22,714 nucleotides of DNA from an uncultured virus (IMG/VR IMGVR_UViG_3300037264_003342) (taxonomy: Duplodnaviria > Heunggongvirae > Uroviricota > Caudoviricetes). The stretch lies in IMG/VR virus record IMGVR_UViG_3300037264_003342, one strand, 5' to 3'. The notes beneath the pieces are model-generated. The model searched no databases, had not been told where the DNA came from, and saw only the letters and a program-made list of their open reading frames with translations. Position numbers and translations under genes: made by a program. Every line of letters begins with the position of its first letter. The first letter of the stretch is position 1. Positions 15,242 through 22,624 of this stretch are shown here, in pieces.

Positions 15242-15729
15242 CGACGGTCCCTTTCTCGCTCGCGCAGGAGCGCGCGAAACTCTCGGTCCTCGTCTTCGAG
15301 GTAGCGCCATCCGACCGGGCGCTTGCCGCCCCACCAGAGCACGCGGCGGTCGCCGATGACATCCTTCGCCCAACCGTCCGGCCCCTCGTCGCCTCGGCCG
15401 TAGTCGAGCAGAGCCTCGGCGATGGCCATCGCGCGGCTCTCGGGCTTCAGCTCGCGCAAGCGCTCGTCGGTGAGATCTGAAGATCTGCGAGCCGAGATGA
15501 CGTCCTTGTTGTCGAGGCGCAAGTCGTCGAGATCGAAGTAGGCCACCCTTGACCAGAACGGGGAGCCCGTATCGAGAGCTTCTTCGTCACCGACGTGCGC
15601 CCGCTTGGGTTGGATCTGAACAAGTTCGATCGCGCTCCCGTCGGCCGTCGCAATGGTCCCCCCGTGGGCTCCGGGGTTCATGTCGCCCCCAACTTGCACC
15701 CAACCGTGCGTTGCGATGCGGATGTCCAT
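15238..15729 (-). CDS. Hypothetical protein (WVQVGGDMNPGAHGG motif)
   Basis: TGATG coupling; host-like codon bias; soluble and acidic. Confidence 0.7.
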   Translation of the reverse strand: MDIRIATHGWVQVGGDMNPGAHGGTIATADGSAIELVQIQPKRAHVGDEEALDTGSPFWSRVAYFDLDDLRLDNKDVISARRSSDLTDERLRELKPESRAMAIAEALLDYGRGDEGPDGWAKDVIGDRRVLWWGGKRPVGWRYLEDEDREFRALLRERERDRR

Positions 15730-15893
15730 CACTTGCCTCGACGGATAAGGTTGTCGACCTGTGCCTGCAGTTGCATGACAGCATCCGCGAGTTCCTCGAC
15801 CGCAGCTCGGAGCTGCACTACCGAGTTCGAGGCTGCTGCAGCAGCCTTGGCGTTCTTGGCCTTGTCAGGAATCTGAGGGATCACTACAGCCAT
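15729..15893 (-). CDS. Small coiled-coil protein (54 aa; absent from ORF track)
   Basis: MAVVIPQIPDKAKNAKAAAAASNSVVQLRAAVEELADAVMQLQAQVDNLIRRGK*; fills the gap between two genes with TAAcATG and TGATG junctions. Confidence 0.7.
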   Translation of the reverse strand: MAVVIPQIPDKAKNAKAAAAASNSVVQLRAAVEELADAVMQLQAQVDNLIRRGK

Positions 15894-15894
15894 G

Positions 15895-16461
15895 TTACAC
15901 CTGCACTAGGTTCGTGCCGTTTGCGACAACGTACCACTCGCCAAGCTCTCGCACGAGGTAGTCTGGCGGATCGTAGAGAGCGTACTCGCCGTCCGTCTTC
16001 TCGAACGCCTCGACGCTGAAGGTGTCGCTGTCCTCGTGGTAGACGTAGGACACCCGCACGTACTTCGTGAGGAGGAGATCTGCAACGACCGTCGTGATGT
16101 CGTTGACGACCAAGCCTTCGATGTTCGTCGTGATGACGAGTCCGGCTGCGACAGCAGTCACGAGCAGCCCGTTGAGCGGGTCTGCAAGGAGTTCTGCCTT
16201 GATGCTCTCCTGCAAGGCAGCCGAGTTGAGGATCGCCACGAGACTCGACGTTCCAAAATCGTACGCCCAGGTGTTACCTGCCGCCGGGTACGTGAACTTT
16301 GCCCAACCTGTGTCGACGCCGAGCCAGTCGGCCGCAGGGAGCGGCGGAGTGAAGCCGGCCACGTAGGCGTCGCGCCCTGCGACTGCGCTCGCGGCTTCGA
16401 TGAACGCAGAGATCTTCACCTGTCCTGCAGGGACGCTCTGGTTGACGATGGCGACGATCAT
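15895..16461 (-). CDS. Probable virion structural protein
   Basis: ATGA coupling; beta-rich; sits in the fibre-gene string. Confidence 0.7.
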   Translation of the reverse strand: MIVAIVNQSVPAGQVKISAFIEAASAVAGRDAYVAGFTPPLPAADWLGVDTGWAKFTYPAAGNTWAYDFGTSSLVAILNSAALQESIKAELLADPLNGLLVTAVAAGLVITTNIEGLVVNDITTVVADLLLTKYVRVSYVYHEDSDTFSVEAFEKTDGEYALYDPPDYLVRELGEWYVVANGTNLVQV

Positions 16462-17012
16462 GTGGACACCGGAAACAGTTCTACGATGGACTGCCCAGGC
16501 GTAGAACCTGCGACGATGGAATGAAAGATGATGGCGACGAGGTCGCCCTGGGCAACGACGTCAGCGAGGAGCAACGTGCCCTTCTGTGTGAAGAGGCTCG
16601 TCGGAACCCCCACGAGCACGCCATTCTTGTTGATCTGCACCTTGATCTCGGTGATCGCCATCTGAAACGACCAGGCTAGAAACAACGTGCCGGCCCGTGC
16701 GGCCGTGATCTGCGCTCGGTAGATCGCATTGACCATGTCGATCTTGCCGCCGTTCGAGATGCCGTGCGCCTCGAAACCCTTCCCCGTGTCGCCCGCCCCC
16801 ATGTTCGCGCCGTAGACCATGGAGTGTGCTGACGGACCACCTCCGGCCGCACCTGTCGACCATTCCAAACCGGTAGGCGAGGCCGGGTTGGCTGTGAGCA
16901 TCTGGCCGGGCATGCCCACAGGCACGCGCTCGACGTCCCCCGTCGCAGTGACCGAAACGAGGTCACCCTTCGTCGTGAGTACGCCGAGCGCGCCTGAAGC
17001 GGCTCCCGCCAT
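16458..17012 (-). CDS. Fibre/spike-like protein: TTKGDL...RVPVG module plus beta-sandwich head
   Basis: LTTKGDLV.....VERVPVGMPGQMLTANPASPTGLEW is a motif recurrent in phage fibre proteins; Gly linker; beta-rich C-domain. Confidence 0.7.
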   Translation of the reverse strand: MAGAASGALGVLTTKGDLVSVTATGDVERVPVGMPGQMLTANPASPTGLEWSTGAAGGGPSAHSMVYGANMGAGDTGKGFEAHGISNGGKIDMVNAIYRAQITAARAGTLFLAWSFQMAITEIKVQINKNGVLVGVPTSLFTQKGTLLLADVVAQGDLVAIIFHSIVAGSTPGQSIVELFPVST

Positions 17013-17015
17013 GGC

Positions 17016-17711
17016 CTACGGCTGGACTTCTTCGACGACGACGCGCACGAGGCGCGCGATGCCGGTGAAGGTGTCGGTGCCGCTCTTGCGCTGGATGAAC
17101 ATTCGCAGAGCTTCCCCCGACAGGATCCCGTCGAGGTCGGCCGCAGGCACGGTCAAGCTAGCTTCTTGAATCCGCTCTGGAGTGCCGGAGGCAGCTTGCG
17201 CCACGAAATCGACGAGCGTGTCGAAATCGTCAACGTCGAGGTTGGTCGGCGAGACATCGGCCTCGAAAGCGACTCCCCAAATCACCGTCCCCACGTCAAC
17301 ACTCGACGGTGCCCAGAAGACGCGCACCTTGAGGCTCGACCCTACGGTGTACCCCGCTGGCATGAACTTCTGCCACGGAATGCCTCGTGGGTTGCCGCCG
17401 GCAACGAAGTTCAAGATGGCGTGTGTGCCTCTCGTTCCTGCGGCCGGAAGCGGAATGACTCCTCCGATGTTGACGGCCTTGAACACCGCGTCGACCGCGT
17501 CGGCCTGGAACGACACGTTGTTCACGAAGTCGGGATTCTTCCAGGCTACCCCGATGACGGTTCCCGACGGCCCGACGGCTGTTGGGTCGGCGACGAGGAC
17601 TTGGTCATCGGCTCCTACCGGAACGCGTTCGAGGTCGCCGTTCACATCGACGACGTAGAGGTCGCCCACAGTCGTTGCGACGCCGAGAGATCCTGTTCGA
17701 GCGGCTACCAT
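17016..17711 (-). CDS. Fibre/spike-like protein: same N-module as 16458-17012, head paralogous to 17724-18245
   Basis: GGAGG RBS; TTVGDLY.....LERVPVGADDQVLVADP...W; head DAVF...VFW...GTVIWGVAF...IQEASL...DG...IQRK..DT...ARLVRVVVEE. Confidence 0.7.
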   Translation of the reverse strand: MVAARTGSLGVATTVGDLYVVDVNGDLERVPVGADDQVLVADPTAVGPSGTVIGVAWKNPDFVNNVSFQADAVDAVFKAVNIGGVIPLPAAGTRGTHAILNFVAGGNPRGIPWQKFMPAGYTVGSSLKVRVFWAPSSVDVGTVIWGVAFEADVSPTNLDVDDFDTLVDFVAQAASGTPERIQEASLTVPAADLDGILSGEALRMFIQRKSGTDTFTGIARLVRVVVEEVQP

Positions 17712-17723
17712 GTCAGTCCTCCG

Positions 17724-18245
17724 TCATTCCCGCACAGTAACACGAAGCAACTGTGCTGTATCTGCCATCGTGTCTTGCCCGTTCGTACCCTTACGACGGA
17801 CGCGAATTTTGTAGGGGTCTGCAGGAGTTACCCCGTCAGCCTCGACCTGGGAGAAGATCACCGTGGCCTGGCGGATGTCCCCATTCACTGCAGGTGCAGT
17901 CGAGAGCACTGTCTTCTCTGGAGCTGCGGGCCTCGTGATGGCGTCGCCATCCCGCTGTCGAGTCCACGCAACTCCCCAGAGCACGTCCCCAGCAACTGCC
18001 ACGGCCGCGAGCCAGAACAAATTCAGAACCAAGAGCCCACCGTTGTAGCCGTTGTCGACGGCTCCCTCGTAGAGCACGTTTCGGTCGACTGCGGCCGGGA
18101 ACGTGACGAGCGGCACATCGGCTCGCTTCACGATGCCGGCCGGATCTGCCGTCGGGAACACGGCGTCGATGCCGTCGTAGGCGACGAGATCTCCGGCCGG
18201 AGACACAGGAGACGGCGAGGGCGTGAAGGTGAACTTCGGCATCAC
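17724..18245 (-). CDS. Single beta-sandwich (jelly-roll-like) virion protein
   Basis: DAVF...LFW...GDVLWGVAW...IRQATV...DG...VRRK..DT...AQLLRVTVRE aligns with the head of 17016-17711. Confidence 0.7.
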   Translation of the reverse strand: MMPKFTFTPSPSPVSPAGDLVAYDGIDAVFPTADPAGIVKRADVPLVTFPAAVDRNVLYEGAVDNGYNGGLLVLNLFWLAAVAVAGDVLWGVAWTRQRDGDAITRPAAPEKTVLSTAPAVNGDIRQATVIFSQVEADGVTPADPYKIRVRRKGTNGQDTMADTAQLLRVTVRE

Positions 18246-18547
18246 CGAGTCAAGCTGTGGTTGAGGTCAGTCTCGACAAAGCACGGGTCGACTCCAACCT
18301 GTGTGAAGTTCACGCGGATCTTGTTTCCAGATCTCCCTGCGTACGTCGCGAGCGGTACTGACGTACCAAGAGCCCAGACTCGGATCGTGAGCCAGGTGTC
18401 GACGATGAACTCACCGTTTGGGATGAGCTTCGCGAACTTCACGAGATCGATGCCGCAGTCGAACTCGTTCACCCCGTTGACGGGCACCCCAGTGCCCGAG
18501 GCGTGCATGACTCCGTTCGGCGTCGGGGTGAGGTTGGGGAAGCTCAC
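18242..18547 (-). CDS. Small beta-rich probable virion protein
   Basis: GAGGAG RBS before GTG; GTGA coupling to the downstream gene. Confidence 0.7.
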   Translation of the reverse strand: MSFPNLTPTPNGVMHASGTGVPVNGVNEFDCGIDLVKFAKLIPNGEFIVDTWLTIRVWALGTSVPLATYAGRSGNKIRVNFTQVGVDPCFVETDLNHSLTR

Positions 18548-18623
18548 GAACGCTCCTCGACGAGGTTGCTGCGCAACCTGCTCGGCGCTTCGGGTGCGCC
18601 GTCAGTCAAAACCTCTGCCGCTC

Positions 18624-18809
18624 CTAGCGGCAGACGGTCTTGACGAACGGGTGCGACACGTACGTGAGGCCGTGGCGCTTGACGGCCTTCGGCTGCTTGC
18701 GCAGACACACGAAGCCCTGGCCACGTCCCTTGGTCGACACCTTGACCGCCGTCGGCGGGCAACCGCATCGTCCTCCCTTGCGCCGCGCTTTCTTCTTTCT
18801 CCTCGCCAT
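18624..18809 (-). CDS. Small highly basic 4-Cys protein (paralogue 1)
   Basis: GGGAG RBS; MARRKKKARRKGGRCGCPPTAVKVSTKGRGQGFVCLRK...PFVKTVCR. Confidence 0.7.
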   Translation of the reverse strand: MARRKKKARRKGGRCGCPPTAVKVSTKGRGQGFVCLRKQPKAVKRHGLTYVSHPFVKTVCR

Positions 18810-18811
18810 GA

Positions 18812-18979
18812 TCATGTCTCCCGGCAGATTGCCTTCACGAAGGGTCGGAATCTCCGGCCCTTTTTCGACACCTTGAACGTCTTGGACTGGCACGTCCAGC
18901 CTCGGCCGCGACCCTTGGTCGTGACGCGCTCGGACCCGAGCGGGCACCCACAGCCGTTCCAGCTCCGACGCTTGCGCAC
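18812..18979 (-). CDS. Small highly basic 4-Cys protein (paralogue 2)
   Basis: MRKRRSWNGCGCPLGSERVTTKGRGRGWTCQSKTFKVSKKGRRFRPFVKAICRET; same CGCP / TKGRG.G..C / PFVK..CR pattern as its neighbour. Confidence 0.7.
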   Translation of the reverse strand: MRKRRSWNGCGCPLGSERVTTKGRGRGWTCQSKTFKVSKKGRRFRPFVKAICRET

Positions 18980-18986
18980 TCCGTGG

Positions 18987-18995
18987 AGCCTATCA
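18987..18995 (-). promoter_or_regulatory. Extended -10 element TGATAGGCT, probably leaderless for 18812-18979
   Basis: TGn-TAGGCT in the gap after sspB; 7 nt separate it from GTG 18979. Confidence 0.45.
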
Positions 18996-19029
18996 GAAGC
19001 CGCCCCTCGGACGCCAGAGGCTCCAGAGG

Positions 19030-19470
19030 TCAGGCGACGTCGTCGCTCTTGACGAGCCGGAGCGCGGGCCTGGGGGGCTCTCGTAGGCTCGCCTGCAGAC
19101 GATCTCGCAGACTGCCACCGGAGGTGGGCCGGCGCGGTGGCTGCATGGCCACGAGCTGCTCCGGGGCCGTGAAGAACCAGATGCACTCCCGAGACTGGTC
19201 GGGTCCGAACGCTTGGACGGCTCGCCACGGGATGAAGCACTCGAAGAGGGTCAGGTTGAAGGAGAGGGTCGCCGAGATCCCCCGCGCATCCACAGCGAGG
19301 TCGTGGATGGGCTTCGCCATCCGCCGGCCGATCGCCAGGACCACGGTCTTCTCCCGCATGAGGTGCTCGGGGATCACCGCCTCCGCCGTCGCAACAACCA
19401 CCCCGACGTGCGGCTCGCTTTCGAGAGCGGCCGAGAAAGCCGCGTACTTGATCCGGTCGAGGAAGGTCAT
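19030..19470 (-). CDS. sspB: SspB-family ClpXP specificity adaptor
   Basis: IPEHL.....VVLAIG...AKPIHDLAVDARGISATLSFN...FECFIPWRAV.AF core, disordered linker and RPALRLVK matching the ClpX-binding tail (E. coli RPALRVVK). Confidence 0.8.
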   Translation of the reverse strand: MTFLDRIKYAAFSAALESEPHVGVVVATAEAVIPEHLMREKTVVLAIGRRMAKPIHDLAVDARGISATLSFNLTLFECFIPWRAVQAFGPDQSRECIWFFTAPEQLVAMQPPRRPTSGGSLRDRLQASLREPPRPALRLVKSDDVA

Positions 19471-19775
19471 GTGAGCGGCGGTAGCTCGGGGGGAGGCTGC
19501 CGAGGTTCGCCGAGCTTGGCCAGAAATAGGAGCGCGACGGGGTACGCCGGCCCTGCCGCGAGGGCAAGGCGCACGTCATTCCCCCAGGCGAGGAGCGCTG
19601 TGAGGGCTCCCGTCGTCCAGAAGCTCATGCAGATGTCGCAGGCCCACGGCTTCTGCCGGCGGAGCATCGCCCGTTGGACCGGCGCTAGCTCCCGCAGAGC
19701 CTCGATGATGCCGGCGGCCGTTGCTCCGAGCGCCAGGGACCAGCCCAGAAGCTCGAAGACTCCGATCACCTGCAC
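19467..19775 (-). CDS. Small multi-TM membrane protein with KPxxCxxCxSFW motif (DUF1360-like)
   Basis: Three hydrophobic segments; KPWACDICMSFW. Confidence 0.65.
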   Translation of the reverse strand: MQVIGVFELLGWSLALGATAAGIIEALRELAPVQRAMLRRQKPWACDICMSFWTTGALTALLAWGNDVRLALAAGPAYPVALLFLAKLGEPRQPPPELPPLT

Positions 19776-19784
19776 CCTACGCCC

Positions 19785-20000
19785 CTACGGCCAGACGTAA
19801 CCGCTCCGACCCTGACGTCGGCCCCCCTGCTGGGCGACCCACCAAAAGAAGCCTCCGAACGCGACCAGAGCGCCCACGTAGACCAGAGGACTCGCCGGCT
19901 CAGGAGCCGGAGGCGGGAGTGCGCTGAGCCCCGCGAACGGGGCATTCCTCGTCGGCCGGACGGCGGTTGTCGTCCAGCTCGTGCGAGTTGCCTCGAACAT
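19785..20000 (-). CDS. Small single-TM protein
   Basis: Pro-rich linker then PLVYVGALVAFGGFFWWV and a basic tail. Confidence 0.65.
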   Translation of the reverse strand: MFEATRTSWTTTAVRPTRNAPFAGLSALPPPAPEPASPLVYVGALVAFGGFFWWVAQQGGRRQGRSGYVWP

Positions 20001-20009
20001 CGCGCCGCC

Positions 20010-20108
20010 CTAGCGGCGACGCTTGCGCTGGCGCTTGTTCTTCAGACAAGCGCCCGTGCGCTTGTTCACGCCGAACTTGCAACCCTTGCGTCGTGCCTTA
20101 CGAGCCAT
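20010..20108 (-). CDS. 32-aa protamine-like basic peptide with two Cys (absent from ORF track)
   Basis: MARKARRKGCKFGVNKRTGACLKNKRQRKRRR*; GGAG RBS 8 nt upstream; has its own promoter. Confidence 0.7.
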   Translation of the reverse strand: MARKARRKGCKFGVNKRTGACLKNKRQRKRRR

Positions 20109-20153
20109 GCTGTCTTCTCCGTGTTCGAGCGGAAGTTTGTGTTCCGCCGGATC

Positions 20154-20183
20154 ATCCTACCCACAAGCTCTAGCCCGTGTAAA
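20154..20183 (-). promoter_or_regulatory. sigma70-like promoter TTTACA-18-TAGGAT followed by a GCGGAA/TTCCGC leader hairpin (20129-20147)
   Basis: Intergenic, close to consensus, upstream of the basic peptide gene. Confidence 0.55.
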
Positions 20184-20189
20184 GCCCCA

Positions 20190-20417
20190 TCACGTTTCGC
20201 CGTCACAGGGGCAAGAGCGGGTGAACTCCATCTCGGCCAAACCATCCCCGGCGCGTCGGATGGTGATGTACATCTTCATCGGCCCCGAGTAGTAGACGTG
20301 GCGCTTGTCGTTCGAGTGCTCCCGCTGGAGCTGCGCTCGGTAGCCCCGCAGGTGGTAGGGGACATCCTCGAACGGCAGACGAATTGGATCTGGCTCCATG
20401 AACGGGTTGTCGGCCAT
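20190..20417 (-). CDS. Hypothetical protein (75 aa)
   Basis: TGATG coupling, GAGG upstream. Confidence 0.6.
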   Translation of the reverse strand: MADNPFMEPDPIRLPFEDVPYHLRGYRAQLQREHSNDKRHVYYSGPMKMYITIRRAGDGLAEMEFTRSCPCDGET

Positions 20418-20821
20418 CAGCGCCGGCCCTCGTAGCCGGACGCCCAGATCTTGCCTCGGTGGACGTAGAGTGCAACGGGTCGGTACCTCTTCGAGGCTTT
20501 CGTGAGTCGAGTTGCGGCGGGCTCGGTCCAGTCGCCGTCCCAGAAGCCAGCTCCGTGCCCGTTGCGGGTCAACCAGAAATCGTGACCGGCCGCAACGTAC
20601 GGATCTGGATCTCGAAGCGTTGCGACCCGTGACTTCTTGAGCCCTCGCTCGATGTCCTTGGCATTGTCTCGCTGGAACTTCTGGGCCTCTAACTCCAGCG
20701 CTTCACGAACAGGCTTCGCGAAATCGCTGATGCCGTGGTGCTCATCCAACGGAGTCCCGTTGTCCTCTGTCTCAGACCACAATGCCGCCTCGAACATGGC
20801 CAGCGTGAAAGCGTCCATCAC
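20417..20821 (-). CDS. Phage hypothetical protein with GHDFWLTRNGHGAGFWD motif
   Basis: EAALWS and AGHDFWLTRNGHGAGFWDGDW, a motif I recall from uncharacterised phage proteins; overlaps the upstream stop. Confidence 0.75.
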   Translation of the reverse strand: MMDAFTLAMFEAALWSETEDNGTPLDEHHGISDFAKPVREALELEAQKFQRDNAKDIERGLKKSRVATLRDPDPYVAAGHDFWLTRNGHGAGFWDGDWTEPAATRLTKASKRYRPVALYVHRGKIWASGYEGRR

Positions 20822-22623
20822 AAACCCCTGAGGTACGGCATGAGACTAGCCGAAAGCGAGCCAGAAGGAAAAACGATGGTTGGCTGCACGTTGAGAACGC
20901 TCGTGATCAACGACGTGTCGGCCTCTGGTGCTCTGGCTCTGCTCTGAAACTCCGCACGCGCCTTCTGCAATGCCTGTTCGGCTTCGCGACGGAAAGCTGC
21001 GACGTCGAAACCGCGACGGCGCTCTCGACGAACGAGCCCAGGCTGACCTGGAAGAGGAGCGAACGTCGGCGGCGGCGCAGCCGGAACTGGGGCACGCGTC
21101 GGAGGACGCGCAGGCGCTCGTGCTGGCGGACGCGCAGGCGCTCGTGCCGGTGGACGTGCGGGAGCCGGAGCACGCTTCGGAGCAACGGTAGGCAACGGTC
21201 CTTGCGCTTCCAACTGCTTCAAGCGTTCGCAAGAAGGCTGATGGCCCCCGCTGCACACGGCTCGCAGTGTGCGGATCTCAGCTTGGCGTGCCTCCTCTGG
21301 ACTCTTCTTCGCTGCGATCTCGGCATGCTTCTTTGCCCGACCCGCCATCTCTCTATTCGCTTCGTCTTGCCGCTTCTGCAGGCGGGTGTAGAGGTCGTTC
21401 ATGGTCTTGAACCACGAGATGGCGTCTTTGCTTGGAGCGTTCTGCACCTGCACTCCAGCGTTGACTAACTCGGTCACGAGCTTGAATCGCAGCTCGGGGG
21501 CGACGTTGCCGCGAGCCGGGACTTGCTCGATCCTGTTGGCCTCGGCGACGAGCGCTTGAAGCTTCGCCTTGCGCTCGCGGATCGCTGCAATGAGCTTCTC
21601 CTTCGTCTGGTAGATGGGCCGCAGCTCAGCCGACACTGGCTGCCGACCTCGGAAGCCTGTGACGTAGACGACCGCTCCCTGTCCGAAAAGAGATCCTGCA
21701 GTAGGACGGCTCTCGATGTCTGGAGCCTTCAGAACTTCTGCGAGAGCTGTGTCGAGCGCAGGAATCCCCATCTGCCCCACTGCGCCCATCGACATGCCGA
21801 AAGCGACGTTGCGCATTTCGGATAGGCCACGAACACAGTTGATCGCAGCCCCCATCCCACACAACTTCTTCTGCTGTTCAATTCGGAGAGCATCCCACAC
21901 CGGCTTCATTCTTTGACTCGCCCAGGTGTAGAGCTGGAACGCGTTCACGCCTGTTGGGGGTTGGGGGCACACGAGTTCCGAGTAGCTCTTGCACGCTCGG
22001 CCCTCTGGATGCGTCGGACCTTTGCCAAAGAGACTCTTGATCCCGACGATAGCGAGGCCTACCCCGAGGCCGACGATCGTGCCCAGGCCGGGAATCGCAG
22101 AACCGATGGCTGTGCCCGCAAGAACTGCGGTCAGAGCACTTGCAGCAGCCTGGGCTGCTACAGTCAACCCGAGGTTCAACGCTTCTACGGCGTTGGTTGG
22201 GATGACAGACCCGATCGTTTTCTCCAGCTCCTTGACCGACAGTTTCTTCGGGAGCTTGATCGGTAGTCCGGTCTTGGCCTTGAATGCCTCTTCGACGTAG
22301 GTCTTCCCCGCCGCGTACGCTGCGTCCTTGACGCCCTCGGCAGTCAGCTCGGAGGGGAACTTGATGGGGATGTCGGGAATCCCCATCTCTTTGAAGGCTT
22401 TCTCTTTGAGCTTCTGCGCTTCTGAAGCTCCGAGGCGCACGAGTTCCTTCTTGCTCGTGGGCAAGCCCGTCTCTTTGCGGATGGTTTCGCGAAGCTGAGC
22501 CTTGCCTGCCTCTACTCCGGCCTTGACGCGCTCCTGCACGACCCCCTTGCCGTACTGCACTCCAGTACGAACGAGGTCCGAGGGTAGAGCCTCGAACCCG
22601 CACGGGCAGGCTTCGAGAGCCAT
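20818..22623 (-). CDS. 601-aa probable internal virion/entry protein: Lys-rich repeats, glycine-zipper hydrophobic hairpin, Cys domain, coiled coil, Pro-rich repeat
   Basis: ATG 22623 lies just after the upstream TGA (preferred over GTG 22695); AVLAGTAIGSAIPGLGTIVGLGVGLAIVGI; tandem RAPARPP(A/T) repeats. Confidence 0.75.
   Translation of the reverse strand: MALEACPCGFEALPSDLVRTGVQYGKGVVQERVKAGVEAGKAQLRETIRKETGLPTSKKELVRLGASEAQKLKEKAFKEMGIPDIPIKFPSELTAEGVKDAAYAAGKTYVEEAFKAKTGLPIKLPKKLSVKELEKTIGSVIPTNAVEALNLGLTVAAQAAASALTAVLAGTAIGSAIPGLGTIVGLGVGLAIVGIKSLFGKGPTHPEGRACKSYSELVCPQPPTGVNAFQLYTWASQRMKPVWDALRIEQQKKLCGMGAAINCVRGLSEMRNVAFGMSMGAVGQMGIPALDTALAEVLKAPDIESRPTAGSLFGQGAVVYVTGFRGRQPVSAELRPIYQTKEKLIAAIRERKAKLQALVAEANRIEQVPARGNVAPELRFKLVTELVNAGVQVQNAPSKDAISWFKTMNDLYTRLQKRQDEANREMAGRAKKHAEIAAKKSPEEARQAEIRTLRAVCSGGHQPSCERLKQLEAQGPLPTVAPKRAPAPARPPARAPARPPARAPARPPTRAPVPAAPPPTFAPLPGQPGLVRRERRRGFDVAAFRREAEQALQKARAEFQSRARAPEADTSLITSVLNVQPTIVFPSGSLSASLMPYLRGL
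21104..21165 (-). repeat. 24-bp coding tandem repeat (RAPARPPA), about 2.5 copies
   Basis: ggacgcgcaggcgctcgtgctggc / ggacgcgcaggcgctcgtgccggt / ggacgtgcgggagc on the + strand. Confidence 0.8.
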
Positions 22624-22624
22624 T

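Noticed and set aside
18544..18609. 21-aa ORF LTDGAPEAPSRLRSNLVEERS coupled to 18242-18547
   Set aside because: TTG start, very short and no recognisable features; cannot be distinguished from intergenic DNA.
17166..19052. 628-aa + strand ORF
   Set aside because: Antisense shadow of several coherent - strand genes with motifs and paralogy; Arg/His-rich, non-protein-like composition.
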